Notes: a model not told the origin generated them from the sequence alone. Counted from the first letter of the stretch, positions 28,007 through 41,628 are shown. The stretch is DNA of 50,143 nucleotides from Kiritimatiellia bacterium (GCA_044346855.1 JBIIYJ010000004.1:1-50143); one strand, 5' to 3'. Numbers and translations: made by a program.

Positions 28007-28167
28007 AATTTGGAGTGCGGGGGCTTGACGCCGCTTTGACTTGCACCGACTGGACGCGACATCATACGGCTGAGCGCCGCGTCAAGCCGACACGATCAGG
28101 CGGACTATCGAGGCGCGCAGGGCAGCCGCATCGCAGAAAGCGGCGTCAAGCCGCCGCACTCCAAATT
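28007..28167. repeat. REP/REPIN- or MITE-like element with 31-bp terminal inverted repeats
   Basis: AATTTGGAGTGCGGGGGCTTGACGCCGCTTT (28007-28037) versus AAAGCGGCGTCAAGCCGCCGCACTCCAAATT (28137-28167), 1 mismatch. Confidence 0.8.
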
Positions 28168-28387
28168 TGTCTATCCCGACGAATATGCAATGCGCCCTTG
28201 GCCATGTCCACGATCCGAAAAACCTTTTCGCGCCGCCCTCATTGCGCTATCGAGCCCCGAAAGAAGTCGCTCATGACCGCCCCTTCCCCACCAGCCGACT
28301 GGTGGAACGGCACGATCGAGGACTACGCCCGCTCGAACAGCCTGGCGATCACAGTTGACACGAATTGGCTGATGCGATAAATGACTA

Positions 28388-28416
28388 TTGACTTTGCATC
28401 ACGGTATTACTATATT
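28388..28416 (+). promoter_or_regulatory. rplU-rpmA promoter
   Basis: TTGACT-17-TATATT; a second TTGACA at 28355-28360. Confidence 0.6.
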
Positions 28417-28458
28417 TTTTAGTCCTATTTGAAAATAACCAAGGCGACAGGTGGACCC

Positions 28459-28773
28459 ATGGAAGCGTATGCTGTAATCGAGACCGGCGGCAAGCAGTAC
28501 ATTGTCAAGAAGGGCGAGATCCTGAAGATCGAGAAGCTCGACGTCGAAAAGGGCGGCAAGGTTGAATTCAACCATGTCCTCGCCCTGCACGACGGCGCCA
28601 GCATCAAGATCGGGGCTCCCGAACTGGCTGGCGCGGTCGTCAAGGCCGACGTGGTCGACCAGATGCGGGATGACAAGGTCGTCTCCTTCAAGAAGCACCG
28701 CCGCAAGGGCTATTCGCGCAAAGTGGGTCACCGTCAGAGCCTGACCGTGGTCCGCATCGCCGAACTCGCGTAA
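28459..28773 (+). CDS. rplU: 50S ribosomal protein L21
   Basis: YAVIETGGKQY, KKHRRKGY, GHRQSLT. Confidence 0.97.
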   Translation: MEAYAVIETGGKQYIVKKGEILKIEKLDVEKGGKVEFNHVLALHDGASIKIGAPELAGAVVKADVVDQMRDDKVVSFKKHRRKGYSRKVGHRQSLTVVRIAELA

Positions 28774-28803
28774 ACCAATCACAGGCAAGAGGGAGATTTA
28801 CCC

Positions 28804-29046
28804 ATGGCAACGGCAAGCGGAAGCGGAAGAAACGGACGCGACAGTCATTCCAAGCGACTGGGCATCAAGGGATTTGACGGCCAGCCCATCCGGGCCGGCG
28901 GCATCATCGTGCGCCAGCGCGGCACCAAGGTGCATCCCGGCGTCGGCACCAAGCGCGGCAAGGACGACACGATTTTCGCGGTCGTCGACGGCACGATCAA
29001 GTTCCAGGGCGTTCGCGTGACCGTTGTCGCGACCCCCCAGGCGTAA
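28804..29046 (+). CDS. rpmA: 50S ribosomal protein L27
   Basis: [37 protein letters not shown]. Confidence 0.96.
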   Translation: MATASGSGRNGRDSHSKRLGIKGFDGQPIRAGGIIVRQRGTKVHPGVGTKRGKDDTIFAVVDGTIKFQGVRVTVVATPQA

Positions 29047-29060
29047 GCCTGTTCCACCCG

Positions 29061-29107
29061 GGCGGCGCCGGAATCCCCCTTGGGACCGGGCGCCGCCTTT
29101 TGCTTTT
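29061..29107 (+). terminator. Putative intrinsic terminator/attenuator between rpmA and obgE
   Basis: GGCGGCGCC...GGCGCCGCC stem followed by TTTTGCTTTT. Confidence 0.55.
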
Positions 29108-29127
29108 CAGGACCGGAGGTTCCGCCG

Positions 29128-30159
29128 ATGAAGATTCATAAATTCGTGGATCGCGTGAAGATTTACGTCAAGGGCGGGGACGGCGGCAACGGCTGCACCA
29201 GCTTCCGGCGGGAAAAATACATCCCCCTCGGCGGCCCCGACGGCGGCGATGGCGGCCACGGCGGCAACGTCATCCTGAGGGCCGATCACGATTCGGATTC
29301 CCTTCTCAAGATCTACTACCAGCCCCACCAGAAAGCCGACCCCGGAATCCCCGGCAAAGGCGCCCAGATGTACGGGAAGTGCGGCGAAGACCGCATCGTG
29401 CCCGTTCCCTGCGGCACCGAGGTGTGGGATTTCGACACGGGCGTCATGGTCGCCGACCTTCTAAAGCCCGGCGACACCTTCCTGGCGGCCAAGGGAGGCC
29501 GCGGGGGACTGGGCAACATCCACTTCCAGACCAGCACCGACCGTGCGCCCAAGACGCACACCGACGGCACGCCCGGCGAGGAGAAAACCTACCGCCTCGA
29601 GCTCAAGCTGGCGGCCGACGCCGGCCTGGTGGGCTTTCCGAATGCGGGAAAATCCTCGATTCTCACCGCCATCAGCCACGCGCACCCCCGCATTGCCCCC
29701 TACCCCTTCACCACCATCAACCCCATCATCGGCACTGTCACCTACGAGGACTACGTCACGATCAAGGTCGCCGACGTGCCGGGCCTCGTGGAAGACGCCC
29801 ACAAGGGCGTGGGCCTGGGCATCGATTTCCTGCGCCATATCGAGCGGGCGGGCATCCTCGTGCACGTGATCGACATGGCCGGCACCGAAGGCCGCGATCC
29901 GGTGGACGATTTCCGGAAGATCAAGAACGAGATCAAGCTCTACAAGGAAGCGCTGGTCGATCGCCCGTTCATGGTGGTGGCCAACAAGATGGACGAACCG
30001 AGCGCCATTGAAAACCTGAAGGCGTTCAAGCGCAAGACGCGCACCAAGCCCATTCCCGTCTCGTGCCTGACGGGCGAAGGCATTGCGGAATTCCTGGCGG
30101 CCCTGCGCGAGATGGTCGAGAAGAACCGGCCGAAAAAGCCCTTCGACCCTACTGCCTGA
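29128..30159 (+). CDS. obgE: GTPase ObgE/CgtA
   Basis: FVDRVKIYVKGGDGGNG, GLVGFPNAGKS, YPFTT, DVPG, NKMD; GGAGG RBS. Confidence 0.97.
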   Translation: MKIHKFVDRVKIYVKGGDGGNGCTSFRREKYIPLGGPDGGDGGHGGNVILRADHDSDSLLKIYYQPHQKADPGIPGKGAQMYGKCGEDRIVPVPCGTEVWDFDTGVMVADLLKPGDTFLAAKGGRGGLGNIHFQTSTDRAPKTHTDGTPGEEKTYRLELKLAADAGLVGFPNAGKSSILTAISHAHPRIAPYPFTTINPIIGTVTYEDYVTIKVADVPGLVEDAHKGVGLGIDFLRHIERAGILVHVIDMAGTEGRDPVDDFRKIKNEIKLYKEALVDRPFMVVANKMDEPSAIENLKAFKRKTRTKPIPVSCLTGEGIAEFLAALREMVEKNRPKKPFDPTA

Positions 30160-31084
30160 AGGCGATCACGGCGTCCAGCGAGTCGGCTCCCGCGAGCAGC
30201 ATGGCCAGGCGGTCCACGCCCAGCGCCGCGCCGCCGCAGGCCGGCATCCCCTCCCGCAGCGCGTCCAGGAAATCCCGGTCCAGCGGATAGTCGGGTTTGC
30301 CCATTTTCCTGCGCACCTCGCCGCAGTCCCGGAAGCGGCGCTCCTGCTCGGCGGGATCGGTCAGCTCGGTATACGCGTTCGCCAGTTCAACCCCGCCGGC
30401 ATACAACTCCCACCGCTCCGCCACGCGCGGATCCGCGGGGTCCAGTCGCGCCAAAGCCGCCGCGGCCGCCGGATAGCCCGTCAGGACGCAAGGCCGGTCG
30501 CGGGGCAGCGCCGGCTCGACAAGCCGCATCAGGTCCAGGTCGAAGCGGTCGGCATCGTAGGCTTCAACCGGATTCCAGCCGGCAAAGCGGGTGAACGCCT
30601 CGGCCACGGTAATCACCGCCCAGTCGTCCTCCACCCGCACGGGACCGCCCGCGGCGGGAATAATGCCGCGGCCGACCGTATCCCGAACCGCCCGTCGCAC
30701 GAACGCCTGGACATCGGCCAGGATGGCGCGGCTGTCCTCCCCCGCCCGGTACCATTCCAGCATCGTGTATTCGGGCTCGTGGTGGCGGCCTTTTTCCCCC
30801 TGCCGGAAGCAGGGGCCAATCTGGAAAAGGCGGGGATAACCGGCGGCCACAAGCCGCTTCATGTGCAGTTCGGGCGAGGTGCGGAGCCAGGCGGAGCCGG
30901 AGGGCTCCGCGTCGATGTGAAGCTCCAGGGCCGGGGTCGGAACCCGGACGGGCGTCTCGACTTCGAGAAAATCCTGCTCGGAAAAATAGGCGCGGAGGGA
31001 GGCCAGGAGGCGGGCGCGGATTTCAAGGGCCGGCCGTTTCGCGGCCAGCGCCTTCCGTCCGCCCGCCTCGGGGGGGCGCTCCAT
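30149..31084 (-). CDS. epmA: EF-P lysine aminoacylase EpmA (GenX/PoxA)
   Basis: FLEVETP, LRTSPELHMKRL, HEPEYTMLEWY, GVELANAYTELTDP, GAALGVDRL; adjacent to efp. Confidence 0.93.
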   Translation of the reverse strand: MERPPEAGGRKALAAKRPALEIRARLLASLRAYFSEQDFLEVETPVRVPTPALELHIDAEPSGSAWLRTSPELHMKRLVAAGYPRLFQIGPCFRQGEKGRHHEPEYTMLEWYRAGEDSRAILADVQAFVRRAVRDTVGRGIIPAAGGPVRVEDDWAVITVAEAFTRFAGWNPVEAYDADRFDLDLMRLVEPALPRDRPCVLTGYPAAAAALARLDPADPRVAERWELYAGGVELANAYTELTDPAEQERRFRDCGEVRRKMGKPDYPLDRDFLDALREGMPACGGAALGVDRLAMLLAGADSLDAVIAFRQ

Positions 31085-31647
31085 TATTTCAACACGCGTT
31101 CCACGAAGGTGCCGGTGCGGGTATCGATCTTGATGATCTCATCCTGATTGACAAAGAGGGGCACCGCGATCTCGAACCCGCCCTCGATCTTGGCCGGCTT
31201 GAGGACGTTGGTGGCCGTGTTGCCGCGGGCGCCGGGCTCGGTCTCGATGACTTTCTTGATCACGAAATTCGGCAGGGTGATGTCGATCGGCTGGCCGCGG
31301 TGGAACAGGATCATGCACTCGATGTTGTCGGACAGGAAATACTGCCGGTCGCCCAGGATCTTGGCGGGCACGGGCACTTCCTCGAAATTCTCGTCCGTGA
31401 AGATGAACGTGTCGTCCATGGCGTACGAATAGGTGACGTTCTTCTCTTCGAGCTCGGGCTTGTCGATGACGTCGTTCGACCGGTAAGCCTTGAGCTGCGT
31501 GTCGCCCGAGACCATATGCTTGATGCGGCAGTTGTAGATGGCGGCGCCCTTGCCGGGCTTGTAAAAGCTGAATTCAGTGATGATATAGGGCTGGCCGTCG
31601 ACCTCGACCTTCAGGCCTTTTCTCAGATCCGCTGCATTATACGGCAT
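31084..31647 (-). CDS. efp: Elongation factor P
   Basis: LRKGLKV, KPGKGAA loop, PGARGNTAT, VPLFV, IDTRTG. Confidence 0.97.
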   Translation of the reverse strand: MPYNAADLRKGLKVEVDGQPYIITEFSFYKPGKGAAIYNCRIKHMVSGDTQLKAYRSNDVIDKPELEEKNVTYSYAMDDTFIFTDENFEEVPVPAKILGDRQYFLSDNIECMILFHRGQPIDITLPNFVIKKVIETEPGARGNTATNVLKPAKIEGGFEIAVPLFVNQDEIIKIDTRTGTFVERVLK

Positions 31648-31684
31648 ATTGTCCTCAGGTTTCTTTCTTTAAACGCGGCTAATA

Positions 31685-31713
31685 ACATTACCGGAATCAC
31701 CTTGCATAGTCAA
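31685..31713 (-). promoter_or_regulatory. efp-epmA promoter
   Basis: Minus strand TTGACT-17-TAATGT. Confidence 0.55.
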
Positions 31714-31886
31714 GCGCGCATTGCGGGAAATGAGCCGCTCCGGTAATTGGCCTAAGCGGGCGTCAAACCGCCACGCTTCAAATCGGCATCCCCGACTTCC
31801 CTACCCGCCCCGGCACGAAACCCTTGACTTTTACCACCCCAAAAGAGAAGATTTTAGGGTTACGGGAAACCCCTTTTTGGACGCCT

Positions 31887-33680
31887 ATGCCATCCGAAAA
31901 AACCTATGATATCAGCCGCTCCGTCGGGATCGTCGAATCCCGCCGGATGAAACTGGACATTCCGGCCGCCGGCTTCCGCCTCGAGAGCGGGGAAACGCTG
32001 CCCGAGGTGGAGGTCGCCTATGAGACCTACGGGGCGCTTTCCCCCGCCCGCGACAACGCCATCTACATCTGCCACGCCCTCAGCGGCGACGCCCACGCCG
32101 CCGGATTCCATAACGAAGCCGACATGCGCGCCGCCAAGCCCAAGCCGGGCTGGTGGGACCTGATGATCGGCCCCGGCAAGCCCATCGACACGAACCGCTT
32201 CTTCGTGGTCTGCTCCAACTTCCTGGGCGGCTGCAAGGGCACCACGGGCCCCCGCTCCCCCGACCCCCGCAGCGGCAAACCCTACGGCTCCCGCTTCCCC
32301 CGCATCACCGTGGGCGACATGGTCGAGGTCCAGTACCGCCTCCTCCAGGCCCTCGGCGTGCCCCGCCTGCTCGCCGTCCTCGGGGGGTCCATGGGCGGCA
32401 TGCAGGTGCTGGAGTGGAGCATCCGCTTCCCCGACTACGTCGACCGCTGCATCTGCATCGCCTCGGCCGCCAAGCTCACCTCCCAGGCGCTCGCGTTCAA
32501 TGTCGTCGGCCGCCGGACGATCATGGACGACCCGAACTGGCAGAGCGGCGATTACTACGACACCGACCGCACGCCCGCCAACGGTCTCGCCCACGCCCGG
32601 ATGATCGCCCACATCACCTACATCTCCTCCTCCAGCCTCGAGGGCAAATTCGGGCGCGACAAGAAGCGGGACGCCCCGGCGGCGCGCTTCATCTCCCCGT
32701 TCCAGGTCGAAAGCTATCTCGCCTACCAGGGCGAGCAGTTCGTCAAGCGCTTCGACGCCAACTCCTACCTCCACATCACCGAGGCGCTGGACTCCTATGA
32801 CCTGGCCGAACGCTACGGCAGCCTGACCGACGCCTTCAAGCGCGTCCGCTCGCGCTACATGATCGTGGCGCTCACCACCGACTGGCTCTACACGCCCGAG
32901 CAGTCCATGGAGATGGCCCAGGCCCTCCAGGCCGCCGGGCGCGACGTCAGCTTCTGCCTGCTCCAGGCCGAACAGGGGCACGACGCCTTCCTGCTCGACC
33001 TGCCCGAACTGTCGGACCTGATCGGCAACTATCTCCGGGCCGCGCCCGCCCACCTGCCCGGCGGCCGCCCGTCGCCCCTCCCCGAGGGGGACGATTTCCC
33101 CATGATCCGCCGCCTCGTCGAGCCCGGCGCCCGCATCCTCGACCTCGGCTGCGGCGACGGCGAACTCCTCGAAGCCCTCACCGCCTCGGGCGGCGTCCCG
33201 GGCCTCGGCATGGAAATCGACGTCCGCCACGCCATCGCCGCCGTCGGGCGCGGCGTCCCCGTATTCATCCACGACATCGACGATGGCCTCGCCATGCTGC
33301 CCGACCAGTCCTTCGACGTCGCCATCCTCAGCCGCACGCTCCAGGTCGTCCGCAAACCCGCCACCGTGCTGCGCGAGATGATGCGCGTCGCCCGCTTCGG
33401 CGTGGTCACCTTCCCCAATTTCGCCAACTGGAAACACCGGCTCCGGCTCGGCTTCGGCGGCCGCATGCCCAAGGGCGACTCGCTCCCCTTCGAATGGTAC
33501 GACACCCCGAACATCCATCTCGCCACGCTCACGGACTTCCTGGACCTGTGCCGCTCGGAGCGCATCCGCTGCACGAAAGTCCATTGCGTCCCCAACGGCG
33601 CGCTCAGCCGGGCCTTCCTCGGCCTGGGCCTTCAAAACCTCGGCGCCGACGAAGTCGTCGTCATGCTGGAAAGGGAATAG
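31887..33680 (+). CDS. metX: Homoserine O-acyltransferase MetX fused to MetW
   Basis: AYETYG, CHALSGDAH, GGSMGGMQ, FVKRFDANSY, GHDAFLL; then ILDLGCGDGELL, VTFPNFANW, EWYDTPNIH (MetW). Confidence 0.9.
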   Translation: MPSEKTYDISRSVGIVESRRMKLDIPAAGFRLESGETLPEVEVAYETYGALSPARDNAIYICHALSGDAHAAGFHNEADMRAAKPKPGWWDLMIGPGKPIDTNRFFVVCSNFLGGCKGTTGPRSPDPRSGKPYGSRFPRITVGDMVEVQYRLLQALGVPRLLAVLGGSMGGMQVLEWSIRFPDYVDRCICIASAAKLTSQALAFNVVGRRTIMDDPNWQSGDYYDTDRTPANGLAHARMIAHITYISSSSLEGKFGRDKKRDAPAARFISPFQVESYLAYQGEQFVKRFDANSYLHITEALDSYDLAERYGSLTDAFKRVRSRYMIVALTTDWLYTPEQSMEMAQALQAAGRDVSFCLLQAEQGHDAFLLDLPELSDLIGNYLRAAPAHLPGGRPSPLPEGDDFPMIRRLVEPGARILDLGCGDGELLEALTASGGVPGLGMEIDVRHAIAAVGRGVPVFIHDIDDGLAMLPDQSFDVAILSRTLQVVRKPATVLREMMRVARFGVVTFPNFANWKHRLRLGFGGRMPKGDSLPFEWYDTPNIHLATLTDFLDLCRSERIRCTKVHCVPNGALSRAFLGLGLQNLGADEVVVMLERE

Positions 33681-33683
33681 CCC

Positions 33684-34627
33684 ATGTCCAAACAGGAAAC
33701 AGAAGATCTCGGCGCCATCGCCGATACGCTTTCCGCCTGCAACCGGTGCACGGCCCCCATCGGCCAGGGAAAAGGCTTCGGCCTGGCCGGCCGCCAGGCC
33801 GTCATCAAGGTCCTCGACGACCTCATCGCCGCCCTCTTCCCCGGCTGCCACGGCTATGATCCCGTTCCGGCCGAGCAGATCCGGGGCCTCGTGGAGGAGA
33901 AACTCCATGCCATCCGGGCCTCCCTCCGGCGCCAGATCGAGCTCGCCTTCCGCTACCAGTGCGAGTTCGAAAAATGCACCGACTGCGGCGATTGCGGCCG
34001 GAAGGCCGAGAAGGCCGTCCACGCCCTCATGATCTCGCTGCCGGACATCAAGGTCGTGCTCCAGGAAGACATCGTGGCCGCCTACGAGGGCGACCCCGCC
34101 GCCAAGTCGTTCATGGAGGTTGTCATGAGCTACCCGGGCGTGCTGACCACCATGACCCACCGCATCGCCCACGTGCTCTACCTCGAAGGCGTGCCGCTCA
34201 TCCCGCGCATCATGTCGGAGCACGCTCACTCGCAGACCGGCATCGACATCCATCCCGGCGCCGAGATCGGGCCCGGCTTCTTCATCGATCACGGCACCGG
34301 CGTCGTCATCGGGGAAACCTGCGTCATCGGCCGCCGCGTCAAGCTCTACCAGGGCGTCACGCTGGGCGCGCTCAGTTTCCCGAAGGACGAGCACGGCAAC
34401 CCCATCAAGGGCATCAAGCGCCACCCGAATGTCGAGGACGACGTCACCATCTACGCCGGGGCCACCATCCTGGGCGGCGCCACCGTCATCGGGGCCGGCT
34501 CGGAGATCGGCGGCAACGTCTGGCTCATCCACTCCGTGCCGCCCGGCGCGCGCGTTTACAACCAGCAGCCCCAGCCCCTCATCCGGGAACGCGGGGCGAA
34601 AAGGGATAAGACCCCGGGAACCCCAAC

Positions 34628-34631
<4 letters not shown>
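33684..34631 (+). CDS. cysE: Serine O-acetyltransferase
   Basis: [37 protein letters not shown]. Confidence 0.9.
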
Positions 34632-38506
<3,875 letters not shown>

Positions 38507-38533
38507 CCGGCGCGGCAGGAAGACGGTAGGGTT

Positions 38534-38968
38534 TCACCCCATAGCACCGGGGACGACCTTGGCGCATCCTGATTGGGATAATCCGCAAGCAGGAAACCAT
38601 GTGCGCAGCGAAAAAAAGAACCAACATGTCCGGCTGGTCAAGACGCTATCGGGCCGCCTTGCGCCGGCAGGTTGAAACGGATCCTGAATCCGATCTGAAG
38701 CCTGCCCTGCGGCGCCGACAACATAAATGACTCCATTCACTTGATTGGAAGTCAAGCCGATCGCGGACCCCGCGATCGGGCTCGCCCCCGCGTCCCCGTT
38801 GACACAGCCGCCGCCCGTCGAGGTGATCGCGGCACCCGACAGGATCGCGAAGCGTGAAGCGGTCTTGAGGTCTACCGGGTCAGGGCCCGCGGCCGCCGAA
38901 GGCGCGGCCGCCGCCCACCCGAGCGCCAGGAGGACCAATCCCGCGATAATCGGTTTTCCGATAGTCAT
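38534..38968 (-). pseudogene. 3'-truncated DUF3494 ice-binding-like gene, second copy
   Basis: Signal peptide plus PVDLKTASRFAILSGAAITSTGGGCVNGDAGASP; similarity to the first copy stops after IQDP (~38675). Confidence 0.65.
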
Positions 38969-39012
38969 GAAGACATCCTCCGGGCCCGGGAAAAGACGAT
39001 GCAAGACATGGA

Positions 39013-39840
39013 CTACTCCGCTTTGCGAATGCGTGACAACTCCATCACGCTTGCATCCTGAACGGCCAGGCAGCGGGCAGGTCCTGACTCCGGGTCATAA
39101 CTCAGATAGACCGCGGTCATGCCGTTTTCCCGGCTGACAAACGAATAGCCGGCCAGCATGATCGCATTCGCCGGCTGAGACACATCCAGCACCCAGACGG
39201 GAGCATCGTTGAAGTCGATCAGGAAATACCGGACGTTGGCCGGATCCGTGACAAACGAGAGCCTCTGGTTCGCGCCGGCCTCGTCCAGATAGACAGTCCC
39301 CGGGCCATGAACGGGGGCGGCATTCGCCAAACGCATCCGGAGCGGACTCGACTCTACGGTCAGCGAGCACGGCAGCCCGCGCTCCGACTTCCTGGCGTAG
39401 AACAGGAGGCTGTCTCCGGGCTGAAGAGTCGCTCCGGCGGCATTGACATGCACGGCCACCGGCACGCCCTTGATGCGAACGCCCAGCTTTCCGGTTTCCA
39501 AAGCGGCCATCGGGAATCCGGCCGCGGCCAGCGACTCATACCGGAGCCGGTATACGCCACCTGTCGTTTCCGTGCGGAACCGCCCCATCGCGAGCGGATC
39601 TCCGCCGGGACTTGAGACGGAAGAGACCGAACGAACGGCGGGACCGTAAGAAACCGTCTTATAGTTAACCGACACCTCTTCGAGCCAGTAATACAAGGTC
39701 ACCCCAGGCTTGGCGCCACGGTCCAGAAACGTGTAGTAAGCCCCGTCCGAAGAATCGGACCCGGAGATCAGACTGTCATTCACCTTGCGCCGGTTGCCGT
39801 TGGCGCTCCCCGCGCAGTACAGGTTAAAGCCCAGGTTATC
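39013..39840 (-). pseudogene. C-terminal fragment of a large secreted protein (FN3-like plus segment resembling the C25 peptidase N-region)
   Basis: Frame extends upstream of GTG 39783 as DNLGFNLYCAGSANGNRRKVNDSLI..YTFLDRGAKPGVTLYYWLEEV, preceded by a stop at 39841-39843. Confidence 0.55.
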
Positions 39841-40883
39841 TTATCGTATATGAAACCAGGGGGCATGTCCCCAAGATCCCATACGTTGCTCGTGCCCGCC
39901 CTGGGAGAGGGAGTTGAATATTTGTAATTGAACAACGGATCATAGCTTTCCCCGACCGTCACATTGGATACGACGCCATCCACGGAGGCATTGGACACGC
40001 TGATCGTGAATACCAGCAACTGTCCCGGCAGGGCCGGATTCAGGCTGGCGCTCTTCGTTATGAACGGCGGGACCAGGGGAAGCGCATCAACGCGGGTATC
40101 GGCATCGTCCGCCGTCGTCACATCTTCCAGACTCGCGATGCTGTCACCGTTGGCATAAACCGGCGTGCCGCGGACCGTGGCCACGTTAACCACGTTCGCC
40201 AGGATGCTCCCCTTGAATTCAGCGAAGGTTCCAATAGTGGCCGAGCTCCCGACCTGCCAGAAAATATTACCGGCGCGAGCCCCCCCTTCCAAAATGACCT
40301 TGATCCCGGAGCCGACGATCAGATCGGTTCCGATCTGGAAAATCCACACATCATCCGGCCCGCCGGCCAAGGTGACGTCCGCACCCGTCAGCAAGGCGGT
40401 GGTCGTGAATTTGTAGAGCCCTGGAACGAGGGTCAGCCCGCCGATATTCGCGTCGCCGGGGTTCAGGAATGAGCCGGCGGGCACAGGCACGCGGCCGGCC
40501 GCATCGTCGAAAGCTTCCGTTAAATCAATTTTCGCTTGGGTCAGGAGCCCCGAATCGACCACCGAACCGGCCGGCCCGCCGGGGTCGACCGTAAAGATGG
40601 TGCCGCTCACTTGCGCAGGATCGAGAACGAAGGAAGAACCAGTTATCGGGCTTGCCCCGACATCTCCGTCAATCGTCCCGCCTCCTGTGGAGGTGATTGC
40701 GGCGCCTGACAAGACAAGAAAACGGGCCGCTGAACCCAAATCGAGAGCGGCCGGGCCTGCCGCCAGGACCCGAACCGGAACCGCCAAGGCCAGAACAACC
40801 GCCAGAAGGGCGAGTCGTTTTCCGGTTCCAGTTGCGCGCGGGGTCGTCGATCTCGAGAGGAAAGTCGTAAAGAACGAACTCAC
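39780..40883 (-). pseudogene. DUF3494 ice-binding-like domain plus DUF11-like fragment, apparently internally deleted, start uncertain
   Basis: LDLGSAARFLVLSGAAIT, AKIDLTEAFDDAAGR, GGLTLVPGLYK, VWIFQIG, NIFWQVGSSATIGT; then ITKSASLNPALPGQLLVFTISVSN. Confidence 0.7.
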
Positions 40884-41154
40884 GGTGGTATCCGCTCCGA
40901 TTCAGTCCCAAAGGACCGAGGGCGAGAAACTGGATGACGCCTCCATCGTGGCCCAGGTCAAGATGGCGCTGGCGACCCAGCGCTCCACGAGCAGCCTGAA
41001 ACCCAAGGTCGAAGCGCGAAATGGCGAAGTCACCCTGACCGGCATCGCCCAGAATGCGGCCGAGAAATCGCTCGTCACGAAGCGGGTCTCCGACGTTCAT
41101 GGCGTCACCGCCGTGAAGAATGAGATGACGGTCGCCGAGCCCATGACGAAGTAA
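40861..41154 (+). pseudogene. 5'-truncated BON-domain (OsmY-like) gene
   Basis: Tail of one BON (KVVKNELTV) then a full BON: DDASIVAQVKMAL..NGEVTLTG..VHGVTAVKNEMTV; no credible start or RBS. Confidence 0.7.
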
Positions 41155-41164
41155 CCCGGACATG

Positions 41165-41195
41165 TGCCGGCGGGCACGTCCTGTGCCCGCCGGCA
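41165..41195. repeat. Perfect 13-bp hairpin after the BON gene
   Basis: TGCCGGCGGGCAC-GTCCT-GTGCCCGCCGGCA, no U-tract. Confidence 0.6.
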
Positions 41196-41241
41196 ATGGC
41201 CCCTGAAAGGGCTCCGAATGCGAACGACGAAAGAGAACGCC

Positions 41242-41526
41242 ATGAAACGCAAATCCACCGGCGATACGAAAAAAATCCGTTTTGAAATGACAGCCGAGCC
41301 TGGAAGCCAGGTATTCGTCGCGGGATCGTTCAACAACTGGAGTCCCACGACACACCGTCTGACGAACAAACCCGACAGCATCAGGGACTATGAAACGGCC
41401 CTGCCCGTGCCAAAGGGGATGCACGGCTACAAGTTCATCGTCAACGGCGTGTGGACCATGGACCCGAATTGCCTGCATCGGATGCCGAACGGCCTCGGAA
41501 CCCTGAACAGCGTGATCTACGTTTAA
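41242..41526 (+). CDS. Stand-alone glycogen-binding (CBM48/AMPK1_CBM) protein
   Basis: VFVAGSFNNW, YKFIVNGVWTMDP, NGLGTLNSVI. Confidence 0.85.
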   Translation: MKRKSTGDTKKIRFEMTAEPGSQVFVAGSFNNWSPTTHRLTNKPDSIRDYETALPVPKGMHGYKFIVNGVWTMDPNCLHRMPNGLGTLNSVIYV

Positions 41527-41628
41527 CACGCCCCTCCTACCGTGAATGCCCCATACAAAGAATCCTCCCATCCTCCTAAACTGCCCGTGAATGGCGATTG
41601 CACCGGCGAAACACACAGGAGGCACGCA

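Noticed and set aside
31720-31886. SAM riboswitch or T-box upstream of metX
   Set aside because: No recognisable consensus; the region is explained by divergent promoters.
38544-38556. Possible att duplication of the tRNA-Leu 3' end (CCGGGGA)
   Set aside because: Only about 7 bp match in GC-rich DNA and no integrase present.
39780-39845. Programmed frameshift joining the two secreted-protein ORFs
   Set aside because: No slippery heptamer, and both flanking domains look incomplete, favouring a deletion.
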